DNA from: an uncultured virus (IMG/VR IMGVR_UViG_2061766007_001949) | Lineage: Duplodnaviria; Heunggongvirae; Uroviricota; Caudoviricetes | Direction: 5' to 3' (one strand) | IMG/VR virus record: IMGVR_UViG_2061766007_001949 | DNA length: 19,032 bases | Part shown: in pieces, positions 9,414 to 18,662 of the stretch | How positions within the stretch are numbered: position 1 is the stretch's first letter | Layout of the letters: every line of letters begins with the position of its first letter | Notes under the pieces: model-generated | Databases searched by the model: none | Seen by the model: only the letters and a program-made list of their open reading frames with translations | Told to the model about the DNA's origin: nothing | Position numbers and translations under genes: made by a program

Positions 9414-11525
9414 ATGGCTTCCAGTGGTTCCTTCTCCGGCTCCATCTGTAGCGGCCACTATGTGCTCCGCATTGACTGGTCGCAGGCGCAGAATGTGTCG
9501 GCGAATACCAGTACCATCACAGCAAAAATCTATCTGGTCAATGACTGGCGTCTGGACATTGGCGCTCGTACCGCCAATACCATAAGCATCGGCGGCACCT
9601 CGCAGGGCTTCACGTCTCCCGCCGTCACAACGACCGGAGAGCATCTGCTCAATACAGTCACGCAGACAGTGACCCATGAGAGTGACGGCTCCAAGAGCAT
9701 CTCCATCAGCGCGGTCTTCAGCTTTGCGGCGACCATCTCCGGCACCTACTATTCCACGATTTCTGCCAGCGCCAACATCACGCTGGACTCGATTCCCCGC
9801 GCCTCTGACGTGAGTATGCCCACCGGAACGATGGGGAGCTCTGTAGCGATTACTATCACTCCGGCATCCAGCTCATTCACGCACACGCTCACCTATACCT
9901 TTGGCTCTCTGTCGGGGACGATTTCGACAAAGACGACCGCCACGACGGTAAACTGGACGCCTGCGCTAACGATGGCAAATCAGCTGCCGAATGCCACATC
10001 AGGGACGGGCACCCTCAAATGCACCACCTACAGCGGCAATACAGCAGTCGGCTCCAAGTCGATAACCATCACCTTAAAGGTTCCTACGACAGTGGTTCCG
10101 AGCCTGACCAGCCTGACGGCGGCGCGGGTCAACGGCACTGTCCCTTCAAGCTGGGGCATTTACGTGCAGACAAAATCCAAGGCGACACTCACTATCAACG
10201 GCGCGGCAGGCTCCTATGGCTCCACGATTACAGGATACAGCATTACAGGAGGCGGATTCTCCAGCACCAGTTCCTCCTTCACTACTGGCTTTTTGAACAC
10301 CTCCGGTACGATAACCTTCACGGCGACGGTGACGGATTCCAGAGGCCGGACGTCTGCAGCAAAAACGGTGAGCATCTCCGTGGTGGCCTACAGCGCTCCG
10401 TCCTTCGCCAGCTATCTGTCCCAGCGATGCAACAGCTCCGGTACGGTGACGAATGACGGCACCTATGTCCGGGGGCTGGTGGATTTCACCTACAGCAGCT
10501 GCTCCAGCAAGAACACCATCACTACAGCCACCTATTACAAGAAGAGCTCTGCTACCAGCTGGACAAACGCCAGCAAAGCCTTCTCCGACAATACGGCCTT
10601 TACCTTCGGCGGCAGCCTTACGACAGAAAGCTCCTATGACATCAAATATACCCTGACGGATGCGTTCACGACCATCAGCGTCATCGATACGGTCTCCACC
10701 GCATCTGTGGTCATGGACTTCAAAGCCGGAGGGACAGGCGTGGCCATCGGCAAGGTGGCTGAGAACAACGGCTTTGATGTCGATATGGCCACCGAGTTCC
10801 GAAGCACGGTCAAAATCGATGGAACAGCTACCTTCGGTGGAGATGTAGTCGGGATTCCCCACAGCTATTACGGAACCTGCGCAACGGCAGCCTCCACTTC
10901 CATCAAGGTCGTGACCTGCGCCCATTTCAAAAAGGAAGTCGGAGCGGTCGTAACGATTCTCATGACCTACGCCAATACCGTGGCGTCTCCGAGGCTGAAC
11001 ATCAACAGTACAGGGGCCAGTTATCTGAGCTATGGCAATGTAACGAAATCTGGTGCGTACCGCTGGCTTGCGGGGAGTATGCTCACGGTCATGTACACAG
11101 GAAGCTATTACGAGGTTCTGTCGATTGGCGCGACCTGGGTACCGACTGTGGCCGGAGCAAGCACGACATATAACGCGAGAGAAGGCTACTTCACCTACAC
11201 TGGCGGCGTCGTGACGCTTTCTTTTACGGCAAACGGGAGCTTCCTCAGCACGACCACAACCTCTACTGCGCTGGAGGTTACCGGCTTTCCCTTCACGAAC
11301 GCCAGCGCAGGCGTGGCGGCAGGTGGCGGTGTGGCATACGGGGCGTATCTCGGTACGAACGCGACCTCACATTTTCATGGATGGGTCATCTCATCTGGGG
11401 CTTCGGCTATTAGCGGCAGGAATGGAACTAAGAGTGCCGCCAATCTGCAGATGCTCGGCTATCTCTATAACAATCCATCCACCAATTTCAACCTGTCCGG
11501 AACGATACAAATGCGCGTGATTTAA
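9414..11525 (+). CDS. Siphovirus minor structural/receptor-binding protein, DUF859-like (703 aa)
   Basis: AAGGAGG SD; ITLDSIPRAS, ATVTDSRGRTS and GVAIGKVAE motifs resemble DUF859 proteins; last structural gene before the holin. Confidence 0.75.
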   Translation: MASSGSFSGSICSGHYVLRIDWSQAQNVSANTSTITAKIYLVNDWRLDIGARTANTISIGGTSQGFTSPAVTTTGEHLLNTVTQTVTHESDGSKSISISAVFSFAATISGTYYSTISASANITLDSIPRASDVSMPTGTMGSSVAITITPASSSFTHTLTYTFGSLSGTISTKTTATTVNWTPALTMANQLPNATSGTGTLKCTTYSGNTAVGSKSITITLKVPTTVVPSLTSLTAARVNGTVPSSWGIYVQTKSKATLTINGAAGSYGSTITGYSITGGGFSSTSSSFTTGFLNTSGTITFTATVTDSRGRTSAAKTVSISVVAYSAPSFASYLSQRCNSSGTVTNDGTYVRGLVDFTYSSCSSKNTITTATYYKKSSATSWTNASKAFSDNTAFTFGGSLTTESSYDIKYTLTDAFTTISVIDTVSTASVVMDFKAGGTGVAIGKVAENNGFDVDMATEFRSTVKIDGTATFGGDVVGIPHSYYGTCATAASTSIKVVTCAHFKKEVGAVVTILMTYANTVASPRLNINSTGASYLSYGNVTKSGAYRWLAGSMLTVMYTGSYYEVLSIGATWVPTVAGASTTYNAREGYFTYTGGVVTLSFTANGSFLSTTTTSTALEVTGFPFTNASAGVAAGGGVAYGAYLGTNATSHFHGWVISSGASAISGRNGTKSAANLQMLGYLYNNPSTNFNLSGTIQMRVI

Positions 11526-11538
11526 GGAGGAAAACATC

Positions 11539-11952
11539 ATGAAAGAATTCTGGAACACCATTCAACTTGTATTTGCGGCCATCGGCGGCTGGCTGGGCTA
11601 CTTCCTCGGCGGCTGCGATGGCCTGCTCATTGCGCTCGTGGTCTTCGTCGTTGTGGACTACCTTACCGGCGTCATGTGCGCCATCGCAGACCACAAGCTC
11701 TCCAGCGCTGTCGGCTTCAAGGGCATCTGCCGCAAGGTGCTCATCTTCCTGCTGGTGGGTATCGCCAACATCCTCGATGTGCAGGTCATCGGAAGCGGCT
11801 CTGTCCTGCGCACGGCAGTCATCTTTTTCTACATCTCGAATGAAGGCGTCTCTCTCGTGGAGAATGCCGCGCACCTCGGCCTGCCCGTACCGGACAAGCT
11901 GAAAGATGTGCTGGAGCAGCTCCACGACCGTGACGGAAAGGAGGGCCAGTAA
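11539..11952 (+). CDS. Phage holin (toxin secretion/phage lysis holin, holin_4_1-like), 137 aa
   Basis: Hydrophobic segments; DYLTG, SS..GFKGI.RK, FYISNEGVSLVENAAHLGLPVP motifs; directly upstream of the endolysin. Confidence 0.93.
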   Translation: MKEFWNTIQLVFAAIGGWLGYFLGGCDGLLIALVVFVVVDYLTGVMCAIADHKLSSAVGFKGICRKVLIFLLVGIANILDVQVIGSGSVLRTAVIFFYISNEGVSLVENAAHLGLPVPDKLKDVLEQLHDRDGKEGQ

Positions 11953-11953
11953 C

Positions 11954-12892
11954 ATGGCATATACAAACAGTTCGCTTGTATCATTCACCCAGCTCAGTCC
12001 GAATCACTCCGGCCAGCGCACTCACGCCATTGACCGTATCACGCCTCACTGCGTGGTTGGCCAGTGCAGCGTGGAGACCCTGGGCCGGATTTTTCTGCCC
12101 ACATCCCGGCAGGCAAGCTGCAATTATGGCATTGGTGTAGATGGCCGTGTCGGAATGTATGTCGAGGAGAAGAACCGCTCGTGGTGTTCCTCCTCCAATG
12201 CCAACGACCAGCGGGCAGTCACCATCGAGTGCGCTTCCGACACCACGGCTCCTTACGCCTTCAAGGATGTGGTCTACCAGAAGCTCATCACCCTCTGCAT
12301 CGACATCTGTAAGCGGAACGGAAAGAAGAAGCTCCTGTGGCTCGGCGACAAATATAAGACACTGAACTACAGCCCTGCAGCCGATGAGATGGTGCTGACT
12401 GTCCACCGATGGTTTGCCAACAAGTCCTGTCCCGGCGACTGGATGTATGCCCGGATGGGCGACCTTGCCTCGAAGGTCACAGCGGCCCTTAGTGGCACGG
12501 TCACTACACAGAAGCAGCTCTATCGCGTCCGCAAGACGTGGTCGGATTCCAAATCGCAGAAGGGCGCTTATAAAATCCTTGCCAATGCAAAAGCGTGTGC
12601 TGATAAGAATCCGGGATACTCCGTCTTCGATTCTGACGGGAATGCCGTCTACACATCCGAGACAGGCTCTGCCGGTGTTCCCGGTGATGCCACCTTCAAG
12701 GTTCGGGTGTCTGTTCCTGACCTGAACATCCTCACCGGGCCGGGGACAAACTACGCAGCTACCGGTCGTTTCACCGGTGCCGGGGTCTTCACCATCACCG
12801 CCGTGCAGTCCGGGCAAGGCTCTGACTCCGGCTGGGGCAAGCTCAAGTCCGGCGCGGGCTGGATTGCGCTGGATTACGCCAAGCGCGTATAA
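11954..12892 (+). CDS. Endolysin: N-acetylmuramoyl-L-alanine amidase (Amidase_2-like) with C-terminal cell-wall-binding and SH3b-like domains (312 aa)
   Basis: ATG at 11954 with GGAGG upstream (the track's 11906 start overlaps the holin). ITPHC, ASCNYGIG, TIEC, HRWFANKSCPG Zn-amidase motifs; GWGKLKSGAGWIALDY SH3b-like end. Confidence 0.9.
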   Translation: MAYTNSSLVSFTQLSPNHSGQRTHAIDRITPHCVVGQCSVETLGRIFLPTSRQASCNYGIGVDGRVGMYVEEKNRSWCSSSNANDQRAVTIECASDTTAPYAFKDVVYQKLITLCIDICKRNGKKKLLWLGDKYKTLNYSPAADEMVLTVHRWFANKSCPGDWMYARMGDLASKVTAALSGTVTTQKQLYRVRKTWSDSKSQKGAYKILANAKACADKNPGYSVFDSDGNAVYTSETGSAGVPGDATFKVRVSVPDLNILTGPGTNYAATGRFTGAGVFTITAVQSGQGSDSGWGKLKSGAGWIALDYAKRV

Positions 12893-12908
12893 TCGCATAA
12901 ACCATTCT

Positions 12909-12942
12909 GGGCCTATGGGAGAAATCCTGTAGGCCCCTTTTT
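12909..12942 (+). terminator. Intrinsic terminator closing the late operon
   Basis: 12-bp stem gggcctatggga / tcctgtaggccc (two G-U pairs), GAAA loop, followed by cttttt; 16 nt after the endolysin stop. Confidence 0.88.
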
Positions 12943-12971
12943 CTATTTTTGATACAAATATCCGCTCAAAA

Positions 12972-13024
12972 CGGCCTCCCACCTTCAGTGGAAACTGAAG
13001 GATAAGCCTTCGGATTGGAGGTCG
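12972..13024 (+). promoter_or_regulatory. Structured leader with anti-SD pairing upstream of the HTH gene
   Basis: cggcctcc (12972-12979) is complementary to ggaggtcg (13017-13024), which contains the SD; it encloses the hairpin ccttcagt-GGAA-actgaagg (12982-13001). Confidence 0.45.
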
Positions 13025-13026
13025 CT

Positions 13027-13449
13027 ATGACAAACGAACAGAAATACAAAATCGCGGAGCTCCGCCAGTCCGGGTACGGATACGCCAATATTGCTGATGC
13101 GCTCGGCCTGACCAAGAATCAGGTCTCTGCCTACTGCCGCAGGGCAGGGCTTACCGGCACCAAGGCCGCTGTGGGCACGACCGATGTTCCTGCTTCAAAC
13201 TGCTGCCGTAACTGCGGCAAGCCGCTGATGCAGGTCGACGGGAGGAAGCCTGTCAAGTTCTGCTCGGAAGCCTGCCGCATCCACTGGTGGAATACGCATC
13301 CGGACGCTGTGGATAAAAAGGCGTTCTACGATTTCACATGCGCTTGCTGCGGGAAGCCTTTCCGGGCCTATGGCAATTCCCAGCGGAAATACTGCTGCCA
13401 TGCCTGCTATGTTCAGGCTCGGTTCCGAGGTGGTGATGGCCATGACTGA
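13027..13449 (+). CDS. HTH (sigma-70 region-4-like) DNA-binding protein with two Cys-rich putative Zn-binding motifs (140 aa)
   Basis: ATG at 13027 after GGAGG; GYGYANIADALGLTKNQVSAYCRR helix-turn-helix; CRNCGK...FCSEAC and CACCGK...YCCHAC. Confidence 0.75.
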   Translation: MTNEQKYKIAELRQSGYGYANIADALGLTKNQVSAYCRRAGLTGTKAAVGTTDVPASNCCRNCGKPLMQVDGRKPVKFCSEACRIHWWNTHPDAVDKKAFYDFTCACCGKPFRAYGNSQRKYCCHACYVQARFRGGDGHD

Positions 13450-13657
13450 GGAGCAATTCGACCGGGAGAAACGGTATCAGGCCAGCATGAATATGTTCCG
13501 GACGATGCTGAAAAACGGCCTCATCACTGAGGAGCAATACGCCATAATTGATACAAAAATGCTGGAAAAATATCGGCCATTATTGGGGACATTATTTTCA
13601 GAATCTACTTGCTATTCCGGGCTTTCAGAGCGATGTATAGTACCGGAAAGGAGCTGA
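13442..13657 (+). CDS. Small SHOCT-like protein (71 aa), candidate recombination accessory factor
   Basis: GAGGTG SD; overlaps the upstream stop; MLKNGLITEEQY resembles the SHOCT pattern; lies immediately before the recombinases. Confidence 0.65.
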   Translation: MTEEQFDREKRYQASMNMFRTMLKNGLITEEQYAIIDTKMLEKYRPLLGTLFSESTCYSGLSERCIVPERS

Positions 13658-13661
13658 TTTC

Positions 13662-15680
13662 ATGCGAAAAGTAAGCAAAATCGAGCCGATTTCTCCATCG
13701 CTCCCGACCCGCAAGAAGGTCGCTGCATACGCAAGAGTTTCGATGGAGACCGAACGACTCAACCACTCCCTGTCAGCGCAGGTCAGCTATTACAGCAATC
13801 TGATTCAGAGCAATCCGGAATGGGAATACGCTGGAGTCTATGCGGACAACGCGGTCACCGGCACAAAGTCCTCCAGCCGCGAGGAATTCCAGCGGATGTT
13901 AGAGGATTGTGAAGCTGGGAAAATCGATATCATCCTCACGAAGAGCATCTCAAGATTCGCCCGGAACACAGTCGACCTGCTGGAGACTGTCCGCCACCTG
14001 AAGGAGCTGGGCATCGAGGTTCGGTTCGAGAAGGAGCACATCAATTCCCTGAGCGGCGACGGTGAGGTCATGCTGACTCTGCTGGCCTCCTTCGCACAAG
14101 AGGAAATCCGGAGCCTCTCGGAGAACGTGAAATGGGGCACCCGGAAGCGCTTTGAGCAGGGCATTCCCAACGGGCGGTTCTTGATTTACGGCTACCGTTG
14201 GGAGGGCGACCATCTGGTCGTCGAGCCGGAGGAGGCCAAAATCGTCCGGCTCATCTACGACAATTTCCTGAAGGGCCTCTCGGCAGAGGCGACGGAAAAA
14301 CAGTTGGAGGAGATGGGCGTGAAGTCCATGAAGGGAATGCATTTTCCCAACAGCTCCATTCGGGCCATCCTCAAAAACATCACCTACACCGGGAACCTGC
14401 TCTTTCAGAAGGAATACACCCTTGACCCCATCAGCAAAAAGACCCGCAAGAACCACGGTGAACTGCCTCAGTATTTCGTGGAGAACACCCACGAGGCCAT
14501 CATCCCGATGGAGACCTANNNNNNNNNNCGCCTCATCTATGACAATTTCCTGAAGGGCCTCTCGGCAGAGGCAACGGAAAAACAGCTGGAGGAGATGGGC
14601 GTCAAGTCCATGAAGGGGATGCATTTTCCCAACAGCTCCATTCGGGCCATTCTCAAAAACATCACCTACACCGGGAACCTTCTGTTCCAGAAGGAATACA
14701 CCCTTGACCCTATCAGCAAGAAGACCCGCAAGAACCATGGAGAGCTTCCGCAGTATTTCGTGGAGAACACCCACGAGGCCATCATCCCGATGGAGACCTA
14801 TCAGGCGGTGCAGGCTGAGATTGCGCGGCGGCGGGAGCTCGGCGCTCTGGCCAACTGGAGCATCAACACCAGCTGCTTCACATCGAAAATCAAATGCGGT
14901 CTTTGTGGTGCCAGTTTTGTACGCAACACCCGGAAGAACCGGGCCAAGACCAGTCAGCTGGGGGAACGTTACACTTTCTACGGCTGCGGCACAAACAAGC
15001 GTAAGGGAGAACACTGTTCCTCCGGCACGATACGCGAGGATGTTCTGAAAGAGGAATGCGCCAAGGCGCTCGGCCTGCCGGAATTTGACGAGGAGACCTT
15101 CTCAGAACGGGTCGAAAAGATTACGATTCCAACCACCGGCACGATGCTCTTCGAGTTTACCGATGGGAGCTCCCTTGAGCATCGTTGGAGCCGGAATGCA
15201 AAAAAGGAAAGCTGGACAGCAGAACGGCGCAAGGCGGTCAGTGAGTACCGGCGCAGTCGGGAGACCGGATGGAAATGCTATCACACCTTCACTCACTTCA
15301 TCAAATGCGGGCGCTGCGGAGCGAACTATCGCTGCCAGACGCACAAGCGCGTGGACGGGACGGTAGTACGTTCCTGGTACTGTTCGTCGCCGACAGCGGT
15401 GGGCTGCTCCAAGGTCGGCATCCGGGAGGACACGCTAAAGGCGCTCATAGCAGATGTGATGGGCCTGCCGGAGTTTGACGAGGATCTTTTCAATCAGCAG
15501 CTGGCTTACGCAACGGTGCCCGCAGACAATCAGATTGTCTTTCACTTCCGGGATGGGCGCGAGGTTTCCAGAACCTTCGTCCAGAAGCGCCAGATGCCGC
15601 GCCAGACTGAGGAGAGGAAGAAGCACATGAGCGAGGTCATGAAAGCGAAATGGAGGGAACGCCATGCCGAAAACGACTAA
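13662..15680 (+). CDS. Large serine recombinase 1; about 578 aa after removing the duplication; two Zn-ribbon domains
   Basis: AAAGGAG SD; AAYARVS catalytic motif, KSISRFARN, AQEEIRSLSEN, recombinase domain (Y.GN...QK...HEAII), CGLCG and CGRCG Zn ribbons. Confidence 0.95.
   Translation: MRKVSKIEPISPSLPTRKKVAAYARVSMETERLNHSLSAQVSYYSNLIQSNPEWEYAGVYADNAVTGTKSSSREEFQRMLEDCEAGKIDIILTKSISRFARNTVDLLETVRHLKELGIEVRFEKEHINSLSGDGEVMLTLLASFAQEEIRSLSENVKWGTRKRFEQGIPNGRFLIYGYRWEGDHLVVEPEEAKIVRLIYDNFLKGLSAEATEKQLEEMGVKSMKGMHFPNSSIRAILKNITYTGNLLFQKEYTLDPISKKTRKNHGELPQYFVENTHEAIIPMETXXXXRLIYDNFLKGLSAEATEKQLEEMGVKSMKGMHFPNSSIRAILKNITYTGNLLFQKEYTLDPISKKTRKNHGELPQYFVENTHEAIIPMETYQAVQAEIARRRELGALANWSINTSCFTSKIKCGLCGASFVRNTRKNRAKTSQLGERYTFYGCGTNKRKGEHCSSGTIREDVLKEECAKALGLPEFDEETFSERVEKITIPTTGTMLFEFTDGSSLEHRWSRNAKKESWTAERRKAVSEYRRSRETGWKCYHTFTHFIKCGRCGANYRCQTHKRVDGTVVRSWYCSSPTAVGCSKVGIREDTLKALIADVMGLPEFDEDLFNQQLAYATVPADNQIVFHFRDGREVSRTFVQKRQMPRQTEERKKHMSEVMKAKWRERHAEND
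14247..14800. repeat. Gap-flanking duplication 14247-14518 / 14529-14800 (assembly artifact)
   Basis: 272-bp copies offset by 282 bp; identical translation with synonymous differences only; the last 50 bp are identical. Confidence 0.9.
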
Positions 15681-17417
15681 GAAGATTACCACCATCCCGG
15701 CTACGCTGACCCGCTTCACAGCTACGCCTATCACGGAGCAGAAAAAGCGCCGGGTCGCCGGTTATGCGCGTGTTTCCACTGACCACGATGACCAGTTCAC
15801 CAGCTATGAGGCCCAGATTGATTACTACACGAATTACATCAAGAGCCGGGACGATTGGGAGTTCGTCGATGTCTATACGGACGCAGGCATCACGGGCACC
15901 AGCACCAAGCACCGCGAGGGCTTCAAACGCATGGTCGCGGATGCGCTGGCCGGGAAAATCGACCTCATCGTGACCAAGAGCGTCAGCCGGTTTGCCCGGA
16001 ACACGGTGGACAGTCTGACCACCATCCGCCAGCTCAAGGAAAACGGCATCGAGTGCTATTTTGAGAAGGAGAACATCTGGACGTTCGACGGGAAGGGCGA
16101 GCTGCTCCTGACCATCATGTCCTCGCTGGCGCAGGAGGAAAGCCGGAGCATATCTGAAAACTGCACCTGGGGCCAGCGGAAGCGCTTTGCAGACGGCAAG
16201 GTCACGGTTCCCTTCAACCGGTTCCTCGGCTACGACCGTGGGCCGGACGGCAATCTGGTGGTCAACCGGGAGCAGGCGGCCATTGTTCAGCGCATCTACG
16301 CCATGTTCCTTCAGGGCATGACCTACAACGGCATCGCCCAGCAGCTCACGGATGACGGCATCNNNNNNNNNNTGTTCCGTTCAACCGGTTCCTCGGCTAT
16401 GACCGTGGGCCGGACGGCAATCTGGTGGTCAACCGTGAGCAGGCAGCTATTGTTCAGCGCATCTACGCCATGTTTCTTCAGGGCATGACTTACAATGGCA
16501 TCGCTCAGCAGCTCACGGCTGACGGCATCCTGTCTCCCGGAGGAAAGCCCAAGTGGAATACCTCGGCGGTCAAAAGCATCCTGTCAAACGAGAAATACAA
16601 GGGCTGCGCTCTCCTGCAAAAGACCTACACGGTCGATTACCTGACGAAGAAAAAGAAGGTCAATGAGGGCGAAATCCCGCAATACTATGTGGAGGACAAC
16701 CACGAGGCTATCATCGACCCGGACACCTTCGAGATGGTGCAGCGTGAGATGGAGAAGCGCGGCAAGGGCCGGAAATACCATAGTGGCGTCCACACCTTCT
16801 CCAGTAAAATCCGCTGCGGTGAGTGCGGCAGCTGGTACGGCTCAAAGGTATGGCACTCCAACAGCAAGTACCGGAAGGTCATCTGGCAGTGCAATCACAA
16901 ATTCGACGGCGACAAGCATTGCAGCACTCCGCACCTGACCGATGACATCATCCAGCAGGCTTTCCTGTCAGCGGCAAATAAGCTGCTGGCCACCAAGGAT
17001 ACAGTCATCGCGGATGGCCGGGAAATGATGGCCCTGCTCTTTGACACCACCGACTTGGAGCGGGAGCAGGAAGAACTCCAGCAGGAAACGCAGGTGGTCT
17101 CCGATATGGTTCAGCAGTGCATCTACGAAAATGCCCACGTTGCCCTCGACCAGACCGAATACCAGAAACGCTACGACGGCCTGACCGAGCGTTTTGAGAA
17201 GGCCAAGGCCCGACTGGACGCGGTCACAGCCGAAATCCATCAGATGCAGACCCAGCGGGCCAGCATTGAGGATTTCCTGAAAGCCTTTGCAGCCATGCCG
17301 GATGAACTGACCGAATTTACGCTGGAAAGCTGGCACGGGCTGGTGGACTACGGCACCGTCTACTCTGCCGACGACATCCGCTTCACCTTCAAAAACGGGC
17401 AGGAAGTAAAAGCGTAA
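15664..17417 (+). CDS. Large serine recombinase 2; one gene of about 528 aa, with an artifactual frameshift at the gap 16363-16372
   Basis: GYARVS, KSVSRFARN, AQEESRSISEN, NEKYKG, CGECG Zn ribbon and a long coiled coil. The duplication 16207-16362 / from 16374 adds 167 bp; removing it restores one frame. Confidence 0.93.
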
Positions 17418-17435
17418 ACCAATTATGTATATAAA

Positions 17436-17476
17436 CGCCTCACTACTGGTTTTCATATCAGCGGTGAGGCGCTTTC
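17436..17476. terminator. Probable bidirectional terminator between convergent genes
   Basis: Stem cgcctcact-a-ctg (17436-17448) / cag-c-ggtgaggcg (17459-17471), flanked by taaa on the left and ctttctt on the right; lies between the stops at 17417 and 17491. Confidence 0.75.
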
Positions 17477-17490
17477 TTATCTATTCAATT

Positions 17491-18660
17491 TTATGCCAAT
17501 ATTTCATCCAATAATGTCTGATATTTTTTGTGCAGAGACGCCACCATTAGTTTATACCAAATCTCTCTGGAATACGTTCCATTCTCTATACACCAAATCT
17601 TATAATGCAATTTCTTTTCGGCATAAAAATCTATCGGTATTTCCGGATTAGCATCAGCGTATTTTTGCTCGTAGTCTGAGTATATATATTGATTCTTAGT
17701 ATAATCGATGTGTGTAAAAACATCATCCTCTGGATAATACATGCCATGCAAGAATGTAGTTATACACGGAGAATCTGCTTCTCCAGTAGGACAATATGGC
17801 AAAGTCTCAATTTCAATATGAAGAAATGCCTTCTTTCGCGTATCATCATAATCTTTCTTTATAACCATAAGCAGTTTGTCGTATGTTTTTGAGTCAATAT
17901 GTACGATGATTGTTTTGGCTTTTGTAAAATCTGTATCCGTAAAATGAAACTGTGGGCCACGGAATTTCTCGAAATTCAATGTTGAATACGAGATAATCTG
18001 GTCTGCAGGTACAGCCAAACGTTCATCTAAACGAAGCAGAATGTCTCCAGAATCGACGTTCTCCGTAATTATCTTTGCAAAACCGGGCATACCATCAAAA
18101 AAACCTATCTTTGACTTGTTTGTCAACAAATTATACAGATATGCTTTTCCATCAAAGATAAATGAATCCGCCCTAAACTCTACTCCAGGAACAGACGTTA
18201 GGCCATACTGATTCGTTTCATATGCAAACTGCTCTCCCAGCAGCATATCGTTTATGTCTATATATTTTTTTCTGAATGTGTCTAAAATGAACCCTGAGAT
18301 AATAAGAAAAAGAAACTCAGCTTCAACCTGAATGGTTCCGGTTACTCCGGGCCTACGAATAAAAGCCGTATCATAGTACATTATCCATCCGTGGCTATCG
18401 TTATTTTCCATGTAATTCAGAATATTATCCCCAGTAATACCTTTTTCACAAAATAGCTCACCGACTCGATTAACCAACGGAATTAGAAATGGCGGAGTTG
18501 GAAACGTATTCTCTTTGGTTCTTAAGGACGTAAAATAATCCAGCATCGGTTTATAAATAGAGAAAGCTAAATATTCAACAGCTTTGTACTCCTCAGTTTC
18601 TATTATTTCAAACAGAAACTGTTCGATGACATCTGCTTGGTCTTTTGCTGATGATACCAT
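17491..18660 (-). CDS. Hypothetical protein (389 aa), AT-rich cargo
   Basis: Long ORF in visibly AT-rich DNA with an AAGGAG SD upstream of the ATG; no family recognised. Confidence 0.85.
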   Translation of the reverse strand: MVSSAKDQADVIEQFLFEIIETEEYKAVEYLAFSIYKPMLDYFTSLRTKENTFPTPPFLIPLVNRVGELFCEKGITGDNILNYMENNDSHGWIMYYDTAFIRRPGVTGTIQVEAEFLFLIISGFILDTFRKKYIDINDMLLGEQFAYETNQYGLTSVPGVEFRADSFIFDGKAYLYNLLTNKSKIGFFDGMPGFAKIITENVDSGDILLRLDERLAVPADQIISYSTLNFEKFRGPQFHFTDTDFTKAKTIIVHIDSKTYDKLLMVIKKDYDDTRKKAFLHIEIETLPYCPTGEADSPCITTFLHGMYYPEDDVFTHIDYTKNQYIYSDYEQKYADANPEIPIDFYAEKKLHYKIWCIENGTYSREIWYKLMVASLHKKYQTLLDEILA

Positions 18661-18662
18661 TC

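Noticed and set aside
15664..17417. Recombinase 2 as a frameshifted pseudogene or as two genes (a three-recombinase module)
   Set aside because: The frame break is fully explained by the 167-bp duplication plus gap; removing it yields one intact gene.
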